Source of the DNA: an uncultured Gammaproteobacteria bacterium
GTDB lineage: Bacteria > Pseudomonadota > Gammaproteobacteria > CAYNNN01
Length of the DNA: 64,000 nt
Assembly (NCBI GenBank): GCA_964398665.1
Contig: CAYNNN010000002.1
Location: 929 to 64,928 of the forward strand
Direction: 5' to 3'
The notes beneath the pieces are model-generated. The model did not search any database, had not been told where the DNA came from, and saw nothing but the letters and a program-made list of their open reading frames with translations. A program made the translations under genes and the position numbers. Shown here one piece after another: positions 41,005-50,042 of this stretch (within the stretch, counting starts at the first letter, position 1; each line of letters starts with the position of its first letter).

Positions 41005-44000
41005 ATGAGTCATGGCGCGCTGAATTGGGTCAAGAAGGAGCTTGATGAAACCCTCAAACTGGCCAGTCAGACCCTGGAAGAATATGTCGAGGGGGGGCGT
41101 GATGCCGCCTTGCTGCAACAAAGTGCCCTGCATCTGCATCAGGCCTATGGCACGCTGCAGATGGTGGAAGTTTACGGCGCAGCCCAGCTGGCCGAGGAGC
41201 TGGAAATTACCCTCCAGGCCTTGGCACGTGGCGAGCTGGGCCAGGCTGGGCACGATGCTTATGAGGTGCTTGCCCGCGCAGTGTTGCAGCTTCAGGAGTA
41301 TCTGAATCGCGTCCACGCGGGCCAGGCAGACACTCCGGCCGTCTTGCTGCCTTTGCTCAATGATTTACGTGCGTTGCGCGGTGTTGCGCTGCTTTCTGAG
41401 GGGGCACTGTTTCCGCTGGATCTGACTCCCCTGGAGACCCAGCCACCAGGGGTCAAACCGGCCCGTCTGGCAGCGCCTCAGGCTGCAGCGATGGTCAAGC
41501 GGCTGCGGACGTTCTACCAATTGGGCTTGCTAGGCTGGCTGCGCGGTCAGGAGATGGACAAGAATCTGGGTCAGCTGGAGCAAAGTCTGCTCCAGCTTGC
41601 TCAACTGGCGACCCAGGCTTCCGTAGCGCATCTGTGGTGGATTAGCGCAGGATTGGTGGAAGCGCTGCGGCGGCGAGGCCTGGATTCCACAACGGCCGTA
41701 CGGGTGCTGCTGGGTCAGATCGATCGGCAGATTCGCCGCCTGAGCGAAGAAAACGAAGCGGCTCTGGTGCGCGAACCCGCGACCGGGCTTTATAAAAATC
41801 TGTTGTACTATCTAGCCCAGGCGCGCGTGCAGTCCACGCTGATTACCCAGATCAAACAACTTTTTGCACTTGACACCCTGTTACCGGGCATTGCACAGCT
41901 TGAATCGGCACGCAACAATCTCCTGAGCCCTGATGCCGGGGTCATGCACACGGTCCTGACCGCCATCAAGGAAGATATGGCCGGAGTCAAGGATGGTCTG
42001 GAGACATTTGCCCGCCAGACTCAGGCGCCTGAAGCGCTCCGCCCCTTGCTGGATGCCTTGCGCAAGGTCTCGGATACGTTGGGGCTGCTGGGCTATGGTG
42101 CCCTGAGACGGCGGGTTCAACAGCAGATTTTGCGTTTGCAGCAACTGATGGAAGCAGGCGGCGAAATTGATGAAACTGCCCTGATGCAGGTGGCTGGTGA
42201 GCTGCTGTATGTAGAATCTTCACTCGGTGGCGCACCTACTGCAGTTCATGCGGCCAACACGGCGGTCTATGCTTCCCATGAAGACGAACCCCTGGTGCCC
42301 GAGGCGGAATTTCAGACCGTGCGGGCCGTCACCATGCGCGAGGTCATGCTGGACCTGAGCAAGGCCAAGGACGGTGTGATTGCTTTCAACTCCACGGGCC
42401 AGAAGGAACTCCTGGAACTTGCCCCTCAGTACCTGCGTGGAGTGCGGGGGGTCATGGAGATGATGGAGCTGGGCCGAGCCGCCGCCGTGGTACTGCGTAT
42501 TGCCGATTATATCCAGCAGGAACTGCTGACTGCTGCGCACTTGACGCCCAAGGTCGTGGAATGGGTGGCAGAAGCCCTCTCAGGCGTTGAATATTATCTG
42601 GAAACGGTGCAGCAGCAGCTTCCGGATCATACAGATAGCCTTGGTCAAGCCGAGGCGCGGCTGGCCAATCTGACCCAGGGACCGGTATCGGAGGCAACGG
42701 TATCACCTCCGCCGGTGCCCACAGCCCCTGTGGTTCAAGCGCCCCCGACCATATCTGCTGGTGCAGCAGTCCCGCAGCCTGAAGTCACGCCGACCAGCAC
42801 CCTTCCCGTATGGCCCGCTGACCAGATTGACGAAGAAATTTTTGATATTTTCCTGGAAGAAGCCAACGAAGTGGTGGCTTCCCTGCAAACCTACTGGCCG
42901 CGCTGGCGCGCCGATGCAGAACAGCGTGATGCGCTGGTGACGGTCCGCCGGGGTTTCCATACCCTCAAAGGCAGTGGCCGGATGGCAGGAGCCCATGGCC
43001 TGGGCGAGCTGGCCTGGGCAGCGGAGAGTTTGTTGAACCGGGTCCTGGACGGCACGCTTACAGCAAGCCAGATGACGGGCCAGGCACTGGATGCAGTCGT
43101 GGATCTGCTGCCCCAGATGCTGGAAGCACTGGCGCGGCATCAAGCCGTTCCGGATCAGGCGCCCGTGTTGGCTGCGCATGTACAGGCACTGGTGCGTGGT
43201 GAGGCCAGCACCTTGGCGCCGGCGCAGAGGGACACAGGGCTGGTTGTCACTGAAGCAGCACCTGGCCCTGACCTGGCACCTGATACCACGACGCTGGCAG
43301 CAGCGCCGATAGCACCTGATGAAGTGGACACGCTGATTGTCGATCTGGATTCGGGCGCGGCTGAGGCGCCTGTCACCGGACCTGAAGCGACCGCTGAACC
43401 TGAGGCAGCCCCACCTGCCGTAACCGCCCCACCCGTACCACAACCGTTGGTCCTGGATGTGGACGATGAGATCCTGGAAATCTTCCTGGAAGAGGCACAG
43501 GAAGTGGTTGGAACCTTGAACGAATATTTCCCGCAATGGCGCGCCGATACGCAGGATCACGAGGCGCTGACCACAATACGCCGAGGATTTCATACCCTCA
43601 AGGGTAGTGGACGCATGGTGGGTGCCAAGGTGCTGGGTGAGCTGGCCTGGTCTATCGAGAACATGCTCAACCGGGTACTGGATGGCAGCATTCAACCCGG
43701 CCCGGTCCTGATGGCAACGATTGAAGCATCCATTAGCGCGTTCCCGGTACTGCTGGAGAGCCTGCAAGCCCGCTTGCAGGCTACGCTGGATGTCGAACCG
43801 ATTGCCCAGCGGGCCCACGCCCTGAGCCGGGGAGAGGTAGTAGCCGAACCGGTTGTGGCTCCACCGGTTTCCACACCGGTTGCAGCATCCGATGTCTCTC
43901 CGGTCACTGAACCTGTGCCCGTTGCGGAACCGGAGTTCATCTGGGATGTTCCGGCTGAATCCGTCCCTGCCACCTTACCGGTGGCGGATGTTGCCCCAGC

Positions 44001-47000
44001 CGAGGCAGAACCTGACTGGGTGTCGCCTGTGCTGGCGGATCCGGCACCGGTCCTGGAATGGGAACTACCGGCACCGGTTGCAAAACCCGAGGCTGTAGCA
44101 CCAGCCGACGAGGCGTTGCCCGAGCCACTGGCGACAGATACAGTGGTCCAGCTGCCAGTGCCGTCAGAAATCCCGCTGCCCCCTACGCATACGGCAGAGG
44201 AACCACCGGCCATTCCGGAAGCGGCTGTGGAGGAAGTTCCGGCACCTGTCGCTACCCCGTTGCCTGCAACCGCGCTTGATGACCTTGATGAATCGGATGC
44301 CCGGCCTGAGCCGCTGCTGATGGACGAAGCACTGTATGAAATATTCAGCATCGAAGCAAAGGCGCACCTCGCGGTCATCGAAGAATTTTTACTCCATTGT
44401 CAACAGTCGGCAGTGCCATGCCGAGGCAGTGATGTCCTGGTGCGGGCCATTCACACTCTGCATGGCAGTGCCCATATGGCCGGCGCCAAGGATATTGCTG
44501 AAATCAGCGGGGGGCTGGAATCGGCATTACGTGGCTACATTGCTCACCAGATGTCGTTTGATGCAGCGTTACTGGGCTTGCTGGAGTCCGGTCTGGAAAA
44601 GGTGGCGCAGGCTTTGGCCTGTATCAACCAGCCTGACAAGCGCCCGCCCAATGCCCAGCCCTTGATAGAAGCGCTGCGCCGGTTCAACGAGGCGATGCAG
44701 GCCAGGCTGGCAGGTGCCAACGCTGTGACCACAGCCCCTGCCGAGGTGCAGCCAGTGGCTGAACATGCTGTGGCCAGTGGCCTGCCACCCGCACCAGATG
44801 AAGAGTTGCTGGCGATTTTCCTGAGCGAGAACCAGGATATCCTTGAGGCACTGAATACGGCGGTCGATGCCTGGCGGGATCGCACCCATGACAGCCTGCT
44901 GGCGATGGAACTACAACGTCTGCTGCATACCCTCAAGGGAAGCGCGCGCCTGGTTGGTTTTCAGTCCATGGGGGATCTGGCTCAGGCATTGGAAGGGTTG
45001 GTGGGTGCTTCGATCCAGCGACATGAACCATTGCCCCAGCAAGCACTGGCGCTGGTTCATACTGCCCTGGAACGGCTGGCCGATATGCTAGACGAGATCG
45101 CCCAGGGTGCCACGCCCGGCCCGGCGGATACCCTGGTAGCCGAGCTATATGCGCAGGGCGTGACACCAGTCACTTATGAAGAAACGGCCCTGGCACCGGT
45201 GGTGGTGCCTGAGGGCACACTACCGGATGAAGCAGCGGCGGTCATACCCACAGCAGAAGAAACGGCCCTGGCACCGGTGGTGGTGCCTGAGGACACACTG
45301 CCGGATGAAGCAGCGGCGGTCATACCCACAGCAGAGGACGCCGTCTTGGCGGATACCGAAGCTGCACCGCCATCAAACTGGCCTGAAGCACATGGCGTTG
45401 ATGGCCAGCTGTCTGATGCAGTTCCGGATGATCGGGCACAGGCAGCATTGCCCGAGGCTGAGCAGATGCCTGAGCCGGTATTGCCGCCGGTGGTCGAGTT
45501 GCAGCCCGTGGTCCAGGAAACCCATCCGGTGGCGGCATTGGAAGAACCCGTTTCCGAATGGGTTATGCCTGAATCTGCCCCCGCCTTGCGGGCCATGCCG
45601 GAATCCGGGGCTGAGGCACTACCCGAACCGATGGCAGAAGCGGTACCTCCGTCCGATGCAGCGACCGAAGCAACACCCGCACCATCAGCACAGCTGACGG
45701 ATATACCGGAAGCCTGGGTGCCGGCGGAAGTGACGCCAGCGGTGATGTCGGCAGGATCCCCCTTATCCGTCGGGGGTACGCAGCCCCTGGCCTTGCCAGG
45801 CGAGGATACTGAGGTTGAAACCTATGATACGGCACTCATCGAAGTGTTCCAGGATGAGGGCAAGGAGCTGCTGGACGGCCTGGATCAGGCCTTTGGTCTA
45901 TGGCGTGCCGAACCCGAGGATACCACACAGCACGCCTTGATTCAGCGCCTGCTGCATACCCTGAAGGGCAGCGCTCGCCTCGTGGGCCTGATGGGTGTAG
46001 GCGACCTGACCCATGCCCTGGAAACGCTGATCATTGAGGTCCAGCAAGGCCGCAAACCCGCAGACGCCGAAATCATGCACCTGGCCCAGCAGGCCCTGGA
46101 TCACTACGCACTGACCTTCGAGCGTCTGCTACGGGGTGAGACCCTATATCGTCCCCAACGTCTGATCCAGGCGCTCGAACAGCAGGGCCAGAGCATCGTT
46201 ACCGCACCCACGCCTGCACCGGTACCACCACCGGTCATCCTGCCGGTCGTCGAGGTCGAGGGCGATCTGGACGGTGAATATGACGTCAATCTTATCAATA
46301 TCTTCCTTGAAGAAAGTCGTGATATTCTGGATAACCTTGAACCAGTCTTTACAGCCTGGTGTGAAATCCCTCAGGATGCTGCGGTCAGCGCCCAGTTCAA
46401 GCGTGCCCTGCACACGCTGAAAGGGGGGGCACGCCTGGTCGGAATCACTTCCCTGGGTGATCTGAGTCACGCGCTGGAAACGGCAGTCAACACGGTAGGC
46501 GAACAGAATCTGGCCGTGGATCCACCCTTGCAAGCTTTGTTACGTCGGACACTGGACGTCATCAATGCGGCCCTGGAAGTGGTGGCACGCGGTGACCGTG
46601 CCCGTCGCCCGTCGGCCCTGATCCATGCCTTGGAGCGGATTGGCCAGGCTGCGGATGCCGAAGTCACCCAAGTGCCGGTTCCAAGCAAATCCGTACCCCC
46701 CCCGGAGGCTGTGCGGCCCCAGCCGGCAGCCGAACCCGCCACACCCACCGCTGCGTCCGCCACCCGTACTCCGCAAGAGCAAGTGCGGGTGCGGGCCGAC
46801 CTGCTGGATAACCTGGTCAATTTTGCTGGTGAAATCAGCATCTACCGTGCGCGTTTGGAGCAACAGTGGAGTCTGCTGAAATTCAACCTGGCAGAATTTG
46901 AACAGACCACGCGCCGCCTGCGGGAACAATTGCGCAAGATGGAGCTGGAAACAGAAGCTCAGGTCTTGTTCCGTTACGAACGTGAAGGTGGACATGAGAA

Positions 47001-48612
47001 ATTTGCCGAGTTCGATCCGCTGGAAATGGATCGCTACTCCACGATGCAACAACTTTCCAGGGCACTGAGCGAAAGCGTCTCGGATCTGGATAACCTGCAT
47101 CGGCTCATGAGCGACAGCGGGCGCGATGCCGAAACCTTGCTGCTGCAACAATCGCGGGTCAATACCGAGTTGCAGGAAGGACTGATGCGCACCCGCATGG
47201 TGCCCTTTGCCAGTCTGGTACCCCGGCTCCGGCGTCTGGTGCGGCAAACTGCCGATAGCGTCGGGAAGCGGGCTGAACTGGATGTCATTGGAGCCGAAGG
47301 TGAAATGGATCGCACCATTCTGGATAGAATCACGGCACCGCTGGAACATTTGCTGCGCAATGCCCTGGCGCACGGGGTGGAAACACCGGCTGACCGGGTT
47401 GCGGTCGGTAAGCCGGAGGTGGGCAAAATCACGCTGTTGCTGGCACGTGAAGGTGCTGAAATCGTCATCGAGATCGCTGATGACGGACGTGGCATAGATC
47501 CGACAGCCATCCGCCGCAAGGCCATCCAGATGGGGTTGCTGCGCCCGGAGACGGTGATTAGTGAAGTGGAATTGATTCAGTTCATTCTGGAATCCGGCTT
47601 CAGCACCGCCAAAGATGTGAGCCAGATCGCGGGCCGGGGCGTCGGGATGGACGTGGTGAACAGCGAGATCAAGCAAATGGGCGGCACGCTGGGCATCAAA
47701 TCCCAGGTTGGCGTAGGCAGCCGGTTCATCATCAACCTGCCGCTGACCCTGGCCATCAACCAGGCCATCATGGTCTATGTCGGGGAAGACGTCTTTGCTG
47801 TTCCGCTGGCCGCCCTGGAAGGCATCATCCGGGTTTCCCAGCAGGACCTGCTACGTTGTTACGAAAGCGACCGCGAGCATATCCAGTATGCAGGCAAGGA
47901 CTATCAGGTCAAACACCTGGGTAGCTTGCTGGGCACGATGGAAAACAAGTTCCCCGAACAGAAACGCTGGTATCCCCTGCTGCTGGTGCGCAGTGGTGAT
48001 TACCGCGTTGGTCTGCATGTGGAGGGCTTGCTGGGCAACCGCGAAGTGGTGATCAAGCCGGTCGGGCCGCAATTGAGTACGGTGCGCTGGATTTCAGGCG
48101 CGACCATTCTGGCCGATGGCCGGGTGGTCTTGATTCTTGATATCGGCACCATCTCCCGGATGCGCACCACGGTGCGGACCGTGGCGGAAGCCGACACGCG
48201 GGTACCGGCCGTTGAGGAGGCACCGCCGGTTCGCCAGGTCAAGGTACTGGTGGTGGACGACTCCATCACGGTGCGTAAGGTGACGGGTCGGGTACTGGAG
48301 CGCTACGGGATGGAAGTCATGACCGCCAAAGACGGTATCGAAGCCCTGACCACGCTCCAGGAATATATCCCGGACATCATGTTGCTGGATATTGAAATGC
48401 CGCGCATGGACGGATTTGAACTGGCCCGGAACATCCGTAATGCCGAACATCTGAAGCATATCCCCATCATCATGATCACCTCGCGTACGGGAGACAAACA
48501 CCGGCAACGGGCTATGGAGCTGGGTGTGAACGACTATATCGGCAAACCCTTCCAGGAAGCTGATTTAATCTCACATATCAATGCCTTGGTTGGAAGTGGG
48601 GCTACAGCATGA
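41005..48612 (+). CDS. chpA: Chemosensory pili hybrid histidine kinase ChpA/PilL, 2,537 aa, with multiple Hpt-like domains, CheA catalytic core, CheW domain and C-terminal receiver
   Basis: At least six Hpt-like cores (FHTLKGSGRMAGA, FHTLKGSGRMVGA, IHTLHGSAHMAGA, LHTLKGSARLVGF, LHTLKGSARLVGL, LHTLKGGARLVGI). HATPase motifs (GRGIDP, GRGVGMDVV, GVGSRF), CheW-like region and REC (VLVVDDSITVRK...MLLDIEMP). Start trimmed to the ATG at 41005. Confidence 0.9.
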   Translation: MSHGALNWVKKELDETLKLASQTLEEYVEGGRDAALLQQSALHLHQAYGTLQMVEVYGAAQLAEELEITLQALARGELGQAGHDAYEVLARAVLQLQEYLNRVHAGQADTPAVLLPLLNDLRALRGVALLSEGALFPLDLTPLETQPPGVKPARLAAPQAAAMVKRLRTFYQLGLLGWLRGQEMDKNLGQLEQSLLQLAQLATQASVAHLWWISAGLVEALRRRGLDSTTAVRVLLGQIDRQIRRLSEENEAALVREPATGLYKNLLYYLAQARVQSTLITQIKQLFALDTLLPGIAQLESARNNLLSPDAGVMHTVLTAIKEDMAGVKDGLETFARQTQAPEALRPLLDALRKVSDTLGLLGYGALRRRVQQQILRLQQLMEAGGEIDETALMQVAGELLYVESSLGGAPTAVHAANTAVYASHEDEPLVPEAEFQTVRAVTMREVMLDLSKAKDGVIAFNSTGQKELLELAPQYLRGVRGVMEMMELGRAAAVVLRIADYIQQELLTAAHLTPKVVEWVAEALSGVEYYLETVQQQLPDHTDSLGQAEARLANLTQGPVSEATVSPPPVPTAPVVQAPPTISAGAAVPQPEVTPTSTLPVWPADQIDEEIFDIFLEEANEVVASLQTYWPRWRADAEQRDALVTVRRGFHTLKGSGRMAGAHGLGELAWAAESLLNRVLDGTLTASQMTGQALDAVVDLLPQMLEALARHQAVPDQAPVLAAHVQALVRGEASTLAPAQRDTGLVVTEAAPGPDLAPDTTTLAAAPIAPDEVDTLIVDLDSGAAEAPVTGPEATAEPEAAPPAVTAPPVPQPLVLDVDDEILEIFLEEAQEVVGTLNEYFPQWRADTQDHEALTTIRRGFHTLKGSGRMVGAKVLGELAWSIENMLNRVLDGSIQPGPVLMATIEASISAFPVLLESLQARLQATLDVEPIAQRAHALSRGEVVAEPVVAPPVSTPVAASDVSPVTEPVPVAEPEFIWDVPAESVPATLPVADVAPAEAEPDWVSPVLADPAPVLEWELPAPVAKPEAVAPADEALPEPLATDTVVQLPVPSEIPLPPTHTAEEPPAIPEAAVEEVPAPVATPLPATALDDLDESDARPEPLLMDEALYEIFSIEAKAHLAVIEEFLLHCQQSAVPCRGSDVLVRAIHTLHGSAHMAGAKDIAEISGGLESALRGYIAHQMSFDAALLGLLESGLEKVAQALACINQPDKRPPNAQPLIEALRRFNEAMQARLAGANAVTTAPAEVQPVAEHAVASGLPPAPDEELLAIFLSENQDILEALNTAVDAWRDRTHDSLLAMELQRLLHTLKGSARLVGFQSMGDLAQALEGLVGASIQRHEPLPQQALALVHTALERLADMLDEIAQGATPGPADTLVAELYAQGVTPVTYEETALAPVVVPEGTLPDEAAAVIPTAEETALAPVVVPEDTLPDEAAAVIPTAEDAVLADTEAAPPSNWPEAHGVDGQLSDAVPDDRAQAALPEAEQMPEPVLPPVVELQPVVQETHPVAALEEPVSEWVMPESAPALRAMPESGAEALPEPMAEAVPPSDAATEATPAPSAQLTDIPEAWVPAEVTPAVMSAGSPLSVGGTQPLALPGEDTEVETYDTALIEVFQDEGKELLDGLDQAFGLWRAEPEDTTQHALIQRLLHTLKGSARLVGLMGVGDLTHALETLIIEVQQGRKPADAEIMHLAQQALDHYALTFERLLRGETLYRPQRLIQALEQQGQSIVTAPTPAPVPPPVILPVVEVEGDLDGEYDVNLINIFLEESRDILDNLEPVFTAWCEIPQDAAVSAQFKRALHTLKGGARLVGITSLGDLSHALETAVNTVGEQNLAVDPPLQALLRRTLDVINAALEVVARGDRARRPSALIHALERIGQAADAEVTQVPVPSKSVPPPEAVRPQPAAEPATPTAASATRTPQEQVRVRADLLDNLVNFAGEISIYRARLEQQWSLLKFNLAEFEQTTRRLREQLRKMELETEAQVLFRYEREGGHEKFAEFDPLEMDRYSTMQQLSRALSESVSDLDNLHRLMSDSGRDAETLLLQQSRVNTELQEGLMRTRMVPFASLVPRLRRLVRQTADSVGKRAELDVIGAEGEMDRTILDRITAPLEHLLRNALAHGVETPADRVAVGKPEVGKITLLLAREGAEIVIEIADDGRGIDPTAIRRKAIQMGLLRPETVISEVELIQFILESGFSTAKDVSQIAGRGVGMDVVNSEIKQMGGTLGIKSQVGVGSRFIINLPLTLAINQAIMVYVGEDVFAVPLAALEGIIRVSQQDLLRCYESDREHIQYAGKDYQVKHLGSLLGTMENKFPEQKRWYPLLLVRSGDYRVGLHVEGLLGNREVVIKPVGPQLSTVRWISGATILADGRVVLILDIGTISRMRTTVRTVAEADTRVPAVEEAPPVRQVKVLVVDDSITVRKVTGRVLERYGMEVMTAKDGIEALTTLQEYIPDIMLLDIEMPRMDGFELARNIRNAEHLKHIPIIMITSRTGDKHRQRAMELGVNDYIGKPFQEADLISHINALVGSGATA
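45178..45333 (+). repeat. Near-perfect in-frame 78-bp tandem duplication (2 copies) inside a chpA linker
   Basis: Unit 1 at 45178-45255 and unit 2 at 45256-45333 differ at ~2-3 nt. They encode EETALAPVVVPE(G/D)TLPDEAAAVIPTA twice. Confidence 0.85.
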
Positions 48613-49115
48613 TCAGTCAGCGTCCCAGTCTGGCAGCTGCGGTGGCAAAAGCAGGCGCCCTACGCTGTCTGTTGCTACCCATAGAAGACGGACATTTGAT
48701 TCTGCCCAATGCGGCAGTGCGGGAAGTCTTGGGCTACCGGCAGGTACAGCCGCTGGCCGGCGCTCCCAACTGGCTGCAAGGCATGTTGACCTGGCATCAG
48801 CAACGTGTGCCGGTTGTGAGCTTTGAGGCTCTGTGTGGCCGGGCTTGGCGTGGCCAGGGAGAACGCAAGCGGATCGTAATTTGTGCGGCCCTACGCGGCA
48901 AAGCCGATCTGGGTTTTTTCGGGATTGTGGCGGCAAACAACCCCAAATTACTGAAAACAGAGGAAGAATCAATCAAGCCCATTACTGGCCACACAGCGCA
49001 TGCCCCGGTCGTACTGCAATGGGCCTTGGCCTTTGGCGAAGAAGTGATGATTCCCGACCTGGAACGCATTGAAGACTTGCTGCGAGAACAGCGCCGGGTT
49101 GGTGTGAAATTATGA
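48609..49115 (+). CDS. chpC: CheW-like protein ChpC
   Basis: ATGA overlap with the chpA stop. CheW-like domain. Position as in pilGHIJ-chpA-chpC clusters. Confidence 0.6.
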   Translation: MISQRPSLAAAVAKAGALRCLLLPIEDGHLILPNAAVREVLGYRQVQPLAGAPNWLQGMLTWHQQRVPVVSFEALCGRAWRGQGERKRIVICAALRGKADLGFFGIVAANNPKLLKTEEESIKPITGHTAHAPVVLQWALAFGEEVMIPDLERIEDLLREQRRVGVKL

Positions 49116-49166
49116 TCTTCATTGACTTCAGACTGCTAGCCCGTTAGAATCCCGGTTCCCCCCTCG

Positions 49167-49241
49167 GGGCGATTAGCTCAGCGGTAGAGCACTGCCTTCA
49201 CACGGCAGGGGTCGCAGGTTCGAACCCTGCATCGCCCACCA
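49167..49241 (+). tRNA. tRNA-Val (anticodon CAC), with encoded CCA
   Basis: Manual fold. Acceptor GGGCGAT/ATCGCCC, D-stem GCTC/GAGC, anticodon stem CTGCC/GGCAG with loop TTCACAC (anticodon CAC), T-arm GCAGG-TTCGAAC-CCTGC, discriminator A. Close to E. coli tRNA-Val. Confidence 0.85.
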
Positions 49242-49425
49242 TCCATATCAATGCGTTATCGCCTTATTCTTGCTGCGGGTAGCGCGTTACCGTGACTGGA
49301 TCGTGACTCAAACGCCCTATAGCCCGCACTCGTGGAACTATAGGCCGTGCTACACCACTCCATGGCCCTGTCGCCCCCGTGCGGTGCGATTTTTGTATTG
49401 ATTCAATGAATTATAATGGTATTTT

Positions 49426-50022
49426 ATGATACGTTCTAGCCGTCTGGGCTTGGGGCTGGCCTTGCTGGGCCTGCTGCTGACGATTCCCTACGGCCTGGAC
49501 GCATTGGGACAGTGGGTCCGTCTGCAGGAATCCCTAGACCGGGTGGATGCGCTGTTGCTGCTACCCGGAGACCGCAACACGGCCCCTCAGGCTGTTGCCC
49601 GCTTCTATCACCAAGGCTTGACGCATCGGGTGCTGCTGATTGCCCGTCAGCCTACCCGACTGGAACGACTGGGGTTGCGTCCCCCACGACATGAGCGCCA
49701 GCGCCAGGCGCTGCTGGCGCTGGGGGTTTCAGCTTCAGACATTGACGTGTTGGGGCCACCGGTCAGCCACGACCCCGCCAGCGGCAGCGTGCTGGCCCGT
49801 TGGGCCAAGGCGCAGCTTCAACCACAGCGGGTGCTGGCGGTGACCGCTGAGCCTTGGGGACGCTTGTGGCGCCACGATCTGCGCCAGGGTTTGGGGCCAA
49901 CATCACTGGAATTGGCCCTCTGGAGTGCCCCGTCCAGCCGCTTTGGCCCGCACTGGTGGCGAAGTCGGCATGGCCTGATGGCGTATTTCGATGCTTTTGT
50001 GTTAGGGTTGCGCCGCCTTTAG
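49426..50022 (+). CDS. Hypothetical membrane-anchored protein, tentatively DUF218/YdcF(ElyC)-like
   Basis: N-terminal TM or signal segment. LLLPGDRNTAPQAVARFYHQGLTHRVLLIA loosely resembles the DUF218 N-terminal block that is clear in the paralog at 52179. Weak. Confidence 0.35.
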   Translation: MIRSSRLGLGLALLGLLLTIPYGLDALGQWVRLQESLDRVDALLLLPGDRNTAPQAVARFYHQGLTHRVLLIARQPTRLERLGLRPPRHERQRQALLALGVSASDIDVLGPPVSHDPASGSVLARWAKAQLQPQRVLAVTAEPWGRLWRHDLRQGLGPTSLELALWSAPSSRFGPHWWRSRHGLMAYFDAFVLGLRRL

Positions 50023-50042
50023 CGCAGTGCTGATGAGTTGCC

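Noticed and set aside
49242-49425. Integrase or prophage remnant next to the tRNA
   Set aside because: No integrase, excisionase or phage-like ORF is present in any frame within several kb. Only a short AT-richer promoter-like spacer is seen.
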